From Sumerlaeia bacterium (GTDB lineage: Bacteria; Sumerlaeota; Sumerlaeia; SLMS01; JAHLLQ01): DNA of 64,000 bases. The position numbers and the translations under genes were made by a program. Position 1 is the first letter of the stretch. The number at the start of each line of letters is the position of its first letter. Below the pieces are notes generated by a model that made no database searches, was not told where the DNA came from, and worked only from the letters and a program-made list of their open reading frames with translations. The stretch lies in NCBI GenBank assembly GCA_040219255.1, contig JAVJSW010000059.1:14070-78069 (forward strand). Reading direction: 5' to 3'. Of the stretch, positions 1 through 8,328 are shown in pieces.

Positions 1-179
1 GACGAGGAAGTCAGGGGCGGGACGCTCCGTAAGGCGTTGCCCGCGAACGGAGGACAAGGTAGAAGCGGCGACCGGAACGGGGCGAAAGGGTGGCCTGGAT
101 GAAGGGCCCTCGCGCGGTGCCAGAAGCCCGCTCACCCCAAGTCCGCGAGGGTTCGCAAGCGCGTTGAAAACATCGGGAG

Positions 180-285
180 AGCGGGCAGTATCGGGCTTCC
201 GGGGTGAGGGAACCACCGGTTACCGTAGCGGGCCTGCGCCGGATTCTCACCGGTCTTCCTGTGGCGCGCTCCGTGTTTTTCAATG
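180..285 (-). promoter_or_regulatory. Cobalamin (B12) riboswitch; regulated gene lies left of the window
   Basis: Minus strand reads CAGGAAGACCGGTGAGAATCCGGCGCAGGCCCGCTACGGTAACCGGT...CCGGAAGCCCGATACTGCC. This matches the cobalamin aptamer core (GGAA-CGGTG-AATCCG...CCCGC-AC-GTAA and a B12-box-like AGCC-GA-ACTGCC). Boundaries approximate. Confidence 0.85.
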
Positions 286-365
286 CCATCACCGCCGAGC
301 GGCGGCGCCTTGGCAAGGGCAAAGGCCCGGATGCGGCGGTTTTGCCCATTGCATTGCCCCGCGCT

Positions 366-382
366 CTGGCCGGATGCTTGCT
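366..382 (+). promoter_or_regulatory. Putative sigma-54 (-24/-12) promoter for psd-pssA-rsmB
   Basis: CTGGCCGGATGCTTGCT has GG-N10-GC spacing and TTGC, 44 nt before the psd ATG. Confidence 0.4.
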
Positions 383-425
383 TCCTTGAAACCCGATTCG
401 CACCACCGAGGAGACGCTCCCTTTC

Positions 426-1169
426 ATGACCCACGATTCCGCCCGCCGAGAGCCCCCCATGCGCGTGGCCGCGCCCGCCTGGAAGTTCTTCGTTCCGCTC
501 ATGCTCGCGGGCCTCGCGGCCCTGGCGGCAGCCCTGCTACTGTCCATTCCGTCGCTCATCGCGGTCTTCGCCTTGCTCGCGATTCTGGCGCTCTATGTGC
601 TCTATTTCTTTCGCGATCCCGGCCGCAAGCTCCCCGATGGAATCGCCGATGGCTACATCTGCCCCGCCGACGGCAAAGTGGTCAGCGTGATCGAGGTCCC
701 GGAGGAGCGCCTGCCGGAAGGCCGCGCCCGCCGCGTCGCCATCTTCCTCAACGTCTTCAACGTCCACATCCAGCGCGCCCCCCACGCTGGCACGATCCGC
801 GAAATCGTCCGCAAAGAGGGCAAGTTCATCAACGCCCTGAACGAGAAGTGCAGTGAAGAAAACGAGCAGGTCACCCTGTGGCTCGATGGCGCCAACGGCC
901 AGACCTACGGCATCCGCCAGATCGCCGGCGCCATCGCCCGCCGCATCGTGGTCTGGTTTCCCGAGGGCGAGAAAGTCGCGCAGAGCGAGCGTTACGGTCT
1001 GATCCAGTTTGGTTCTCGCGTCGAAATCTTCCTGCCCCTCGGCGCGGAGGTCCTCGTCAAACCGGGCCAGATCGTCCGCGGCGGAAGCACCCTGTTGGCG
1101 TCCGCGCCTAAGGCCGCCGCCGGCACCGCCCAGGGCGCCATCGAAACCGCCGAGCCTTCCACCGTTTAA
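426..1169 (+). CDS. psd: Phosphatidylserine decarboxylase proenzyme
   Basis: FFRDP, PADGKV, IFLNVFNVHIQRAP and the autocleavage motif IQFGSRV; adjacent to pssA. Start may be the ATG at 459. Confidence 0.93.
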   Translation: MTHDSARREPPMRVAAPAWKFFVPLMLAGLAALAAALLLSIPSLIAVFALLAILALYVLYFFRDPGRKLPDGIADGYICPADGKVVSVIEVPEERLPEGRARRVAIFLNVFNVHIQRAPHAGTIREIVRKEGKFINALNEKCSEENEQVTLWLDGANGQTYGIRQIAGAIARRIVVWFPEGEKVAQSERYGLIQFGSRVEIFLPLGAEVLVKPGQIVRGGSTLLASAPKAAAGTAQGAIETAEPSTV

Positions 1170-1174
1170 GCCTC

Positions 1175-2092
1175 ATGCCGAATCCCGCCGACAACCCCGC
1201 ACTCTCGGATACGAACGGCGAGAAACAGCGCCGCCGCACCGTTTACGTTCTTCCGAACCTGATCACCAGCGGCAGCCTGTTCTCCGCCCTCTGCTCGCTC
1301 ATCGCCACCAGCCATGGCGATTACGTGATGGGTTGCTATCTGATCCTGCTGTCCGCCGTGCTCGATGGACTCGACGGTCCCATCGCCCGGCTCACCCACA
1401 CCCAAAGCCCCTTTGGCGTTCAGTACGATTCGCTGTGCGATTGCGTCGCCTTTGGCGTCGCGCCCGCTTTCCTGATGTACCACAAACTCGCCGAGATCAA
1501 CGAAGAGGTCGCGCTCTATCGCTGGACCGACGACATCTCCGTCGGGGTCTGCGGACTGTTCGCCGTTTGCGGGGCCATCCGGCTGGCGCGATTCAACCTC
1601 CAGATCAACGACGAAGAAAAGCTCTTCTTCACCGGCCTCCCCATTCCCGCCGCCGCCGCCGCGGTGGTCAGCACCTTCCTGGTCATCGAGAGCTTTCTCA
1701 CCGATTCCCGAATCCTTCACTGGATGATTCTCATCCTCATGCTGGTGTTGGCGTATCTGATGGTCAGCACCGTTCCCTTCGCCGGGCCCAAGGTCTTCCT
1801 GCGCCGGATGCGTGGCTCGATCCGGGGCCTGGTGACAGCCGTCTTCGCCATCTTCTTCACCGTGACGTTCCGCGAATTCTTCCCCATCATCGCCTTCGCC
1901 GTCATGATGAGCTACCTCGGCCTGGGCGTCGTCAAGGTCCTGCGCCAGAAACGCAAGGCCATGCGCGAGTACTCGCCCGGAGGCGACATCACCATCGACG
2001 ACATGGTCGACGAGGAGGAAGAATCCGGCGACGCGATCTCTCCCGAACCCAACAAAACCCCACCTCCCCCCGGAAGCTCGAGCCAAACCTGA
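1175..2092 (+). CDS. pssA: CDP-diacylglycerol--serine O-phosphatidyltransferase
   Basis: LPNLITS, CDP-alcohol motif DGLDGPIARLT...FGVQYDSLCDCVAFGVAP, RLARFN, FTGLPIP. Confidence 0.93.
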   Translation: MPNPADNPALSDTNGEKQRRRTVYVLPNLITSGSLFSALCSLIATSHGDYVMGCYLILLSAVLDGLDGPIARLTHTQSPFGVQYDSLCDCVAFGVAPAFLMYHKLAEINEEVALYRWTDDISVGVCGLFAVCGAIRLARFNLQINDEEKLFFTGLPIPAAAAAVVSTFLVIESFLTDSRILHWMILILMLVLAYLMVSTVPFAGPKVFLRRMRGSIRGLVTAVFAIFFTVTFREFFPIIAFAVMMSYLGLGVVKVLRQKRKAMREYSPGGDITIDDMVDEEEESGDAISPEPNKTPPPPGSSSQT

Positions 2093-3496
2093 ATGACCAA
2101 GCGCCCCCCGAAGTCTCAAGCGTCCCAACCCAAAGTCTACGCCCCCGCCACCGCTCGAAGCGCCGCCCTCGACGCGCTCCTGCGCGTCCGCGACGCGGCG
2201 GCCCCTGGCCTCGCCGAATGCCTTGTCGAGGTTGGTCTCGCCGATAGCCGCGACCTGGGCCTGGCGCGCGAAATCGCCTACGGCGTGGCGCGTCATGGCC
2301 GCTGGCTCGAGGAATCCCTCAAGCGCGCCCTGCGCGATTACCGCCCGCCCAACAAACGCGTCACCCGAATGGCCGTGATTTGCGCCGTTTATCAGCACGC
2401 CTTTCTCGACCGCATCCCGCCCCACGCCATTGTCAGCGAAGCGGTCGAGCTGATCAAGGCCCGCGATCACAACCCCCGCATCGCCGGCTGGGCCAATTCG
2501 ATCCTGCGCCAGATGGCCAAGACACCACCCGAGCGCTTCCTTCCGGGCGAAGACCTTCCCTGGCCCCTGCGGTTTTCCGCGCCCGAGGAGTTGATTCCTT
2601 TCGTGGCGCGAGCGTTGGAGGACGACGGCGAACAGGCGGCGTTTTGGGGCTCCGCCCAGGAAACCGCCCCCCTTGTCCTGCGGGGCCGTGGGCCTGAGAA
2701 GGACGCCATGCTCCCCCGGCTCGCCGAGCAACTGGCCGGGCGCGCCAACGTCCGCCAGAGCCGGTGGCTGCCCGACGCCTACATCGTCGAGCAGGCTCCC
2801 GGATTGTCCCCCGCCGAGCTTCCCCTTTTTCGCGACGGCCAACTCACCGTCGAGGACGAAGGCGCCCAACTCGCCGTTTCCCTCGCTACGGCGGGCGACG
2901 TTCGGGGCCGGGTGCTGGACCTCTGTGCCGCCCCCGGCGGCAAGACGGCCTATCTCCTCGACCGCCACGGTGAGGGCGACCTCGCTCTGACCGCCACCGA
3001 CGTGTCCGAAGCCAAACTCGAACGCCTGCGCGAGACGCTGGCGCGCTTTGGCCTGGAAGGCCGCGCCGGCCTTGGCATCGCCGAAGAAGTCCTAACCGAA
3101 TCGCCCGAGGGCGATTTCCACCTTGTCCTCCTCGACGCCCCCTGTTCGGGTCTCGGTACGATCCGGCGCCATCCGGAAATCAAGGTGCGCCGCCACCCCG
3201 AGGACATCGCTCAACTCGCCCGCATCCAGAAAGCACTGCTTCATCGAGCCGCCCGGCTCGTCGAACCGGGCGGCCTGCTGGCCTATACGGTCTGCACCGT
3301 CACGCGCGAAGAAGGCGAAGAGGTCATCGACGATTTCCTCGTCATGCACCCGGAATTCACCCTCGAACCCGCCCCCGCCGAGGCGCTGCCCTTCGATCCC
3401 GAACCCTTCCGCTGCGACAGCGGACTCTACCGCACCTGGACCCACCGCGACGGCTGCGATTGCTTCACGGCCGCCCGATTGCGGCGCCAATCGTAG
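2093..3496 (+). CDS. rsmB: 16S rRNA m5C methyltransferase RsmB/Sun (NusB-like N-terminus plus SAM domain)
   Basis: VLDLCAAPGGKT, LLDAPCSGLGTIRRHPE, YTVCT; N-terminal IPPHAIVSEAVEL...ANSILR. Confidence 0.92.
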   Translation: MTKRPPKSQASQPKVYAPATARSAALDALLRVRDAAAPGLAECLVEVGLADSRDLGLAREIAYGVARHGRWLEESLKRALRDYRPPNKRVTRMAVICAVYQHAFLDRIPPHAIVSEAVELIKARDHNPRIAGWANSILRQMAKTPPERFLPGEDLPWPLRFSAPEELIPFVARALEDDGEQAAFWGSAQETAPLVLRGRGPEKDAMLPRLAEQLAGRANVRQSRWLPDAYIVEQAPGLSPAELPLFRDGQLTVEDEGAQLAVSLATAGDVRGRVLDLCAAPGGKTAYLLDRHGEGDLALTATDVSEAKLERLRETLARFGLEGRAGLGIAEEVLTESPEGDFHLVLLDAPCSGLGTIRRHPEIKVRRHPEDIAQLARIQKALLHRAARLVEPGGLLAYTVCTVTREEGEEVIDDFLVMHPEFTLEPAPAEALPFDPEPFRCDSGLYRTWTHRDGCDCFTAARLRRQS

Positions 3497-3606
3497 AAGC
3501 TTCCTTGCGGTCGCTGGAACGGCCTGCTAGGTCTCAAGCCCATTCTCCACCCACGATGTGCTGCGGGGCTTGCTCAAAGCCCTGAGCGCTTTGGAGTTGA
3601 CCGCCT

Positions 3607-4566
3607 GTGACCACGCCCCCGCCGATCCCTCCACCACCCCGGCATACACCCGGCGATGGCAATGTGCCCTCGGGCCACAAACCCCTGAAGAAAAAATTCG
3701 TCCGCCGCGAAGCGGGCGCCCAGGGCGAGACCATCCGCTGCCAGTCCTGCGGATCGCCGCTCGAGCTGCGCGACCCCGCGCGGGCCCAACTGCTCACCTG
3801 CACCGCCTGCGGCGCGGTGCTCGATCTGTCTGGCGACGAACAGAAAATCCTGCGTAAGGTTCTTCTCGAACAGACCCCCTACTCGCCCCTCCCCCTTGGG
3901 TCGAAAGGCACCCTGAAGGGCGTCGAATGGGAAGTCATCGGCCGCCTCGTGATGAAGGGCAGCGACTCGGAGGAAACCTGGTTCTGGGACGAGTTTTTGC
4001 TTTTCTCTCCCACGCAAGGTTACGCGTGGCTGGAGGCTGGCGAGGGGGTCTGGAAGTTCCTGCGCAAAGCCCGCGGAAAACCCGGTTTCGACCCGCGCCA
4101 CCTGGTGATAGGCTACCGGCCCTTCGGCCATCAGGGCGAATCCTATCGTGTCACGGAACGCGATTTCGCCACCGTCGATTACATCCACGGCGAATTTCCC
4201 TACATCCCCGAAATCGGCGCCCGCTCGGAGTATGTCGATACCCAATCGCGGACGGGACAGCTCCTTGTGGCGGAATGGACGGCCAACGAAGTCGAGTGGC
4301 TGACGGGAAAAATCTATTCGCCCCAGGAAATTCAGAAGGCGTTCAACCTGAAAGAGATGCCGAAGACGACATCGGCGGGCGTGGGCGGATTTCTGAGCGG
4401 CGCGCGCAATTCTCAGAAGTCCGCCGAAACGAACCTCGCTGTGATCGTGATCGTTGTCATCATTGTCTTCTTCCTCTGCTGCTCCGGGGCAGGCTCCAGT
4501 GGCTCCGCCGGCGGCGGCAGCGTCCGCATCGGCAGCGGCGGCTTCAGCAGTTTCGGCGGAAAGTAG
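3607..4566 (+). CDS. DUF4178-type membrane protein with Zn ribbon
   Basis: CQSCG...CTACG, SPLPLGSKGTLKGVEWEVIGR, WDEFLL, GEFPY; C-terminal TM segment and Gly/Ser tail ending SSFGGK. Confidence 0.75.
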   Translation: MTTPPPIPPPPRHTPGDGNVPSGHKPLKKKFVRREAGAQGETIRCQSCGSPLELRDPARAQLLTCTACGAVLDLSGDEQKILRKVLLEQTPYSPLPLGSKGTLKGVEWEVIGRLVMKGSDSEETWFWDEFLLFSPTQGYAWLEAGEGVWKFLRKARGKPGFDPRHLVIGYRPFGHQGESYRVTERDFATVDYIHGEFPYIPEIGARSEYVDTQSRTGQLLVAEWTANEVEWLTGKIYSPQEIQKAFNLKEMPKTTSAGVGGFLSGARNSQKSAETNLAVIVIVVIIVFFLCCSGAGSSGSAGGGSVRIGSGGFSSFGGK

Positions 4567-4567
4567 C

Positions 4568-5092
4568 TCACCCGCGCGGCTTGCCCACCCGGTCGTACCA
4601 ACTGTCCGCCACCGTCGTCGCGAATCGCCCGGCGCGCAGCGGCTCCAGGTCCTCGATCAGGTGATCGAACACGCGGGTCGAATCGATGATCCGGCCCTCG
4701 GCGCGGCGGTTCTTGAATTCCAGGTTGTTGAGGAAAACGACGGCGCCATCCTGCTCCACGGCCAGGCGCGGCGCGTTGAGCATCCGCCGGCCGAGCTGGG
4801 TTTCGTAATGCAGCAGCGCGTGAGTCAGTCCGTCCTTGGTGCAGCCCGACAGGTCCCCGCCCGATGGCTCGTAAGCCACCGCCAGGAAGTAGAACCGCCC
4901 GCCCAGGTTGCCGGTCAACTCCACGGCGGCGTTGCGAGCGGCGCCTTTCTCGACCCACTGCGCGGCCATTTCCGACACCAGAGCCAGCAGCGGCGTCGCT
5001 TCGTCCCGCGTCAGGCCACCCTCGATGGGCACGATGCGTACCTTGGCGGTGGCCGGCAGGGCTTGAAAGGTGGAGAGCGTTTCGGTCGTCAT
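4568..5092 (-). CDS. Conserved hypothetical protein (SGC-x-x-D motif family)
   Basis: LSGCTKD motif and VFDHLI...DSWY C-terminus recall a conserved uncharacterised family; follows exeB on the same strand. Confidence 0.6.
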   Translation of the reverse strand: MTTETLSTFQALPATAKVRIVPIEGGLTRDEATPLLALVSEMAAQWVEKGAARNAAVELTGNLGGRFYFLAVAYEPSGGDLSGCTKDGLTHALLHYETQLGRRMLNAPRLAVEQDGAVVFLNNLEFKNRRAEGRIIDSTRVFDHLIEDLEPLRAGRFATTVADSWYDRVGKPRG

Positions 5093-5144
5093 GGGATGCG
5101 CGTCCTTGGGTCAGATGGAGGACTGTGAGGCAAACCTCGCGCCA

Positions 5145-5846
5145 TCAATAACGGATGTAAACCTTCACCGGCCCGCCGGCGTCGTCCACTTCGGCTTCGA
5201 TCATACCGCTGCGGATGTCCAGGGGGCGGATGCCCTTGTACTTGCGGCCGATGGAGAGTTCCTCGTCATCGATCAGCACCATCGAGTCGGCGCCGAGAAT
5301 GAGCGCGCCCTTGATTTCGACACCCAGATCGGCGGGCGAGATGAGCTGATTTTCCGCGAAACGCGGGGTAGGCCGGGGCGTGATGCGCGGCGTTGGGCGA
5401 GGCGTCGCCGTGGGCCGGGCGGGGACTTCCACGGCGGCCACGGGGGTTTGCGTCGGCATCGGTGTGGGCGAGGGTGTTGGGGTGGGCGTGATGGCCGGGG
5501 TTGGGGTCGGGCCGAGCGTGGGCGTCGCGGGCTTGATGGTGCCGCCTGTCATGTCGCTCGGCGCGTCCCGCGCACCCATCTGGTCCACGACGACAGAAGC
5601 CATTTCCTGAGGCCGGTCGTCCCGGCCCCGGCTCAGCAAGACACCGATCAGGACGACTCCTCCAAGCACCAGCACGCCAAAAAACGCAGCCCCCGCCAGG
5701 AGCGCCAAGCGCATCTGGCGCCGGTGCTTTTCCTCCATCTCGCGCAGCCGCCGCTCGCGCTCCTGCGCCAGCCGGTCTTCCGTCGAGCCGGCGCGGGCCT
5801 GCTTCGCTTTGCTGGCTTTTTCCAGCGCGTCCAGAATCGAACTCAT
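5145..5846 (-). CDS. General secretion pathway protein B (ExeB/GspB-like)
   Basis: Start MSSILDALEKA is typical of GspB. Single TM, Pro/Thr linker and a small C-terminal domain. Its ATG overlaps the exeA stop (ATGA at 5843-5846). Confidence 0.75.
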   Translation of the reverse strand: MSSILDALEKASKAKQARAGSTEDRLAQERERRLREMEEKHRRQMRLALLAGAAFFGVLVLGGVVLIGVLLSRGRDDRPQEMASVVVDQMGARDAPSDMTGGTIKPATPTLGPTPTPAITPTPTPSPTPMPTQTPVAAVEVPARPTATPRPTPRITPRPTPRFAENQLISPADLGVEIKGALILGADSMVLIDDEELSIGRKYKGIRPLDIRSGMIEAEVDDAGGPVKVYIRY

Positions 5847-7867
5847 GGCTGGCCTCCCTGCTCTTTCGCGGTGTTGAGCAGAGCGAAAGCCAGCTCGGCG
5901 TTGGTGCTTTCTTCCTCCGGCAGCCCAATGGCGCGGCGCACGGCGCGCACGGCGTCGGCGGTGGCGGCGTCGTACTCGCCGCTCGGGGTCGATTGTAAAT
6001 ATCCGAGCGACGACAGACGATCCTGCAAGGCCTCCACATCGGGGCCCATGTCGCCGGGGCGCAGGTCCGCCAGCCCTTCCAGGTCGCGGAAGAGGCCGCT
6101 GAGACCGGCGAGGTGCGCTTCCAGCTCTTCGCGCGGCACCCGCACCCGGCCGTGGCGCGGGTCCGCCAGCACCGCTTCGCCCCCTTCCAATTCTTCGAGC
6201 ACCGCCCACGGCCCAAAGCCCGAGGCGTCCATATCGGCTTGAACCAGGAGCGGCAGGTGGCGCTGCTCGACAAAATCCAGCACGGCGGGCAGCCGCGCCT
6301 GGCGCAGGAACAGCGGCGGCTCGCCAGCCAACTGCATCGGCGGCGAGTTCATGGTGCGCATCCCAGCCAGTTGCTCCTCTGTGAGGCGGTAGCCATGCCG
6401 GGCCAGCCAGGTCAGGACGCTGGCGGCGAAGGCCCCCGCCGGCTTCTCGACCCGCAGGATGCCGTCGCGGTAAACCCAGTCCGTGGGGGCGGCGGGCGTC
6501 GCGGCGGGGGTGGGGCTGGGCTCGGCAAGGGAGGCGGCGGCCAATGGCGCCGTGGCCGATTCGTCGTCCGGAACGGCCTGGGCCAAGGCCTCTGTCGTGG
6601 CATCGTCAATGGAGGGGGCAGCCTCCGCGATGGCGGCCGGAAGCTGAGGCTCGGGCGCCGGCTCAGGCGTGGAAATCGGCGTCGCGGTGGGTTCGGGGGT
6701 TGCCGTTGCCGTCGGTTCCGGCGCGGGGGTCGGCGTTGGGGTGGCCGTGGCCTGCGCCAATTCCATCACGGCGCCGGGCGGGGGCTGCACCGCCGGGGCG
6801 CCGAGGCTTCCGAGGTCGTTCGCCAGAGGTTCGCTGTCCTTCGCGCCCAAGCCCCCGCCGCCCGCGTAGATCGCCAGCGCCACCAGCCCAAAGCCCAGCA
6901 GCATCGCCGCCGCCATCCAGCCGCCGGAGCCGCCACGGCGCTCGCTTGGCGCCGCTGCGGGCTGGGAATCTGCCACCGCCGCCGCCATCACAGGGACGTC
7001 CACCGCGCTCTGGCTCGCCAGGGCCTGCGCCGCCGCGGCTGCCTTGGGAGCATGCCGCCGCCGGCCCGCCACTTCCTCCACGGCTTTCTTCGCGATGGCC
7101 TCGCTCACCTCCAGCGTATCGCGCGAAAACGCGATCAGCAGCGCCCGGTCGCACACCACGTTGATTTTGCGCGGCACGCCGCCGCTGTGGGCATAGATCG
7201 CCTTCAGCGCCTTCTTGTGGAATTTCGGCCGGCGGTCGGGATTCGCCACCGCCACGCGATGAGCGATGTATTCGTCCACCTCGCCGAAGTCCAGCGGATC
7301 GATGTGGCAGCGGACCATGATGCGCTGATTGAGCTGCTCCAGCTCCGGCAGGTGCAGCACATCGTCCAGCTCGGGCTGGCCCACCAGAGCGATCTGGATC
7401 AGCTTCGTGTCTTCCGTCTCCAGGTTTGAAATCAGCCGCACCTGCTCCAGCGCCGCGGGCGAGAGCCGCTGGCTCTCGTCGATCACCAGCACCGCGTTGT
7501 GGCCGGCGGCGTACTGCTCGAGCAGGAAGGCGTTCAGCGCCCCGAGCAGTTCGCGGCGCGACGCCGAGGCGTGCTCGATGCCGTACTCCGCGTTGATCGC
7601 CTGCAACAGCTCCACATCGTCGAGTTGCGGGTTCAGAATGAGCGCCAGCTTGATCGTCTCGCGGTCGAGCTGGCGGAGCAACTGGCGGCAGATCGTCGTC
7701 TTTCCGCTGCCGATTTCGCCGGTCAGGGCGATGAACCCTTTGCGCTGCTCGATGCCATAGAGCAGCGCGGCGAGGGCTTCCTTGTGCCGCTGGGACAGAT
7801 AGAGGAAGCGGGGGTTCGGCGTGATGGTGAATGGCTCTTCGTCAAAGCCAAAGTGATCCAAGTACAT
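5843..7867 (-). CDS. exeA: ExeA/GspA AAA ATPase with C-terminal peptidoglycan-binding domain
   Basis: MYLDHFGFDEEPFTITPNPRFLY, Walker A GEIGSGKT, Walker B VLVIDESQ, LVGQPEL, SGGVPRKIN; TM; PG-binding LRPGDMGPDVEALQDRL...GEYDAATADAV. Confidence 0.92.
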   Translation of the reverse strand: MYLDHFGFDEEPFTITPNPRFLYLSQRHKEALAALLYGIEQRKGFIALTGEIGSGKTTICRQLLRQLDRETIKLALILNPQLDDVELLQAINAEYGIEHASASRRELLGALNAFLLEQYAAGHNAVLVIDESQRLSPAALEQVRLISNLETEDTKLIQIALVGQPELDDVLHLPELEQLNQRIMVRCHIDPLDFGEVDEYIAHRVAVANPDRRPKFHKKALKAIYAHSGGVPRKINVVCDRALLIAFSRDTLEVSEAIAKKAVEEVAGRRRHAPKAAAAAQALASQSAVDVPVMAAAVADSQPAAAPSERRGGSGGWMAAAMLLGFGLVALAIYAGGGGLGAKDSEPLANDLGSLGAPAVQPPPGAVMELAQATATPTPTPAPEPTATATPEPTATPISTPEPAPEPQLPAAIAEAAPSIDDATTEALAQAVPDDESATAPLAAASLAEPSPTPAATPAAPTDWVYRDGILRVEKPAGAFAASVLTWLARHGYRLTEEQLAGMRTMNSPPMQLAGEPPLFLRQARLPAVLDFVEQRHLPLLVQADMDASGFGPWAVLEELEGGEAVLADPRHGRVRVPREELEAHLAGLSGLFRDLEGLADLRPGDMGPDVEALQDRLSSLGYLQSTPSGEYDAATADAVRAVRRAIGLPEEESTNAELAFALLNTAKEQGGQP

Positions 7868-8035
7868 GGGGGACAATTCAGAGCGGCAGGCGCGAGCCTC
7901 GCCGGAAACGTTTCGACATCTTCACGCTGAGGAGCCCAGCGCAAGCCCGTCAATGGGGGAATGCGCTGGCGGGACGTCTCGATCCGGGACGGCGAGAACG
8001 GGCGGCAAGGTGTTCGGCGGAGCCACGCGGCGGCG

Positions 8036-8074
8036 CAAAGAAAAGACGCCCCGCGACGAATCGCGAGGCGTCTT
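8036..8074 (-). terminator. Intrinsic terminator
   Basis: Minus strand AAGACGCCTCGCGA-TTCG-TCGCGGGGCGTCTT-TTCTTT: 14-bp stem, UUCG loop, U-rich tail. Its single G-U pair only works on the minus strand. Confidence 0.85.
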
Positions 8075-8234
8075 GACCTCCTGAGAGGCAGCCCCCTGTT
8101 CCCACCCTGCTCCGATGGAAACTTTGTCTAATGAAGAGATCGCTTCCGTCCCCTGATGGTTTGCTGCGAAAGCACAGCTTTTGGCGGTTCGACCTCTTCG
8201 CTCGCCATCCCGGGATTCCCGCGTTGGCTCGCAA
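8036..8234 (-). ncRNA. Candidate structured small RNA of unknown family
   Basis: Nested stems 8079-8092/8200-8215, 8133-8142/8190-8199, 8163-8168/8173-8178 and 8098-8106/8114-8122, with G-U pairs valid on the minus strand. Lies between a sigma-54-like promoter and a terminator; no credible ORF. Confidence 0.65.
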
Positions 8235-8244
8235 GCGATGACAC

Positions 8245-8261
8245 AGCACACACCGTTCCAA
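8245..8261 (-). promoter_or_regulatory. Putative sigma-54 promoter driving the candidate sRNA
   Basis: Minus strand TTGGAACGGTGTGTGCT versus consensus YTGGCACGRNNNTTGCW: 2 mismatches, exact GG-N10-GC spacing. Confidence 0.6.
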
Positions 8262-8328
8262 TTCTTCGGCGACAAAGAAAACCGTGGCTTTTCCGGTTCC
8301 TCTTCAGCTTCAGCGGCGAAGCGAAACC

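Noticed and set aside
1166-2968. 600-aa minus-strand ORF
   Set aside because: Shadow of pssA-rsmB.
8140-8190. Glycine or c-di-GMP-I riboswitch identity for the candidate RNA
   Set aside because: AAACCAUCAGGGGACGG resembles parts of both, but the glycine GGAGA/CCGAAG elements and the c-di-GMP GNRA-receptor hairpins are missing.
8076-8234. 6S, SRP or tmRNA identity
   Set aside because: The fold is branched rather than a rod with a central bubble; there is no SRP GGAA domain IV motif and no tRNA-like ends. Not excluded without cmscan.
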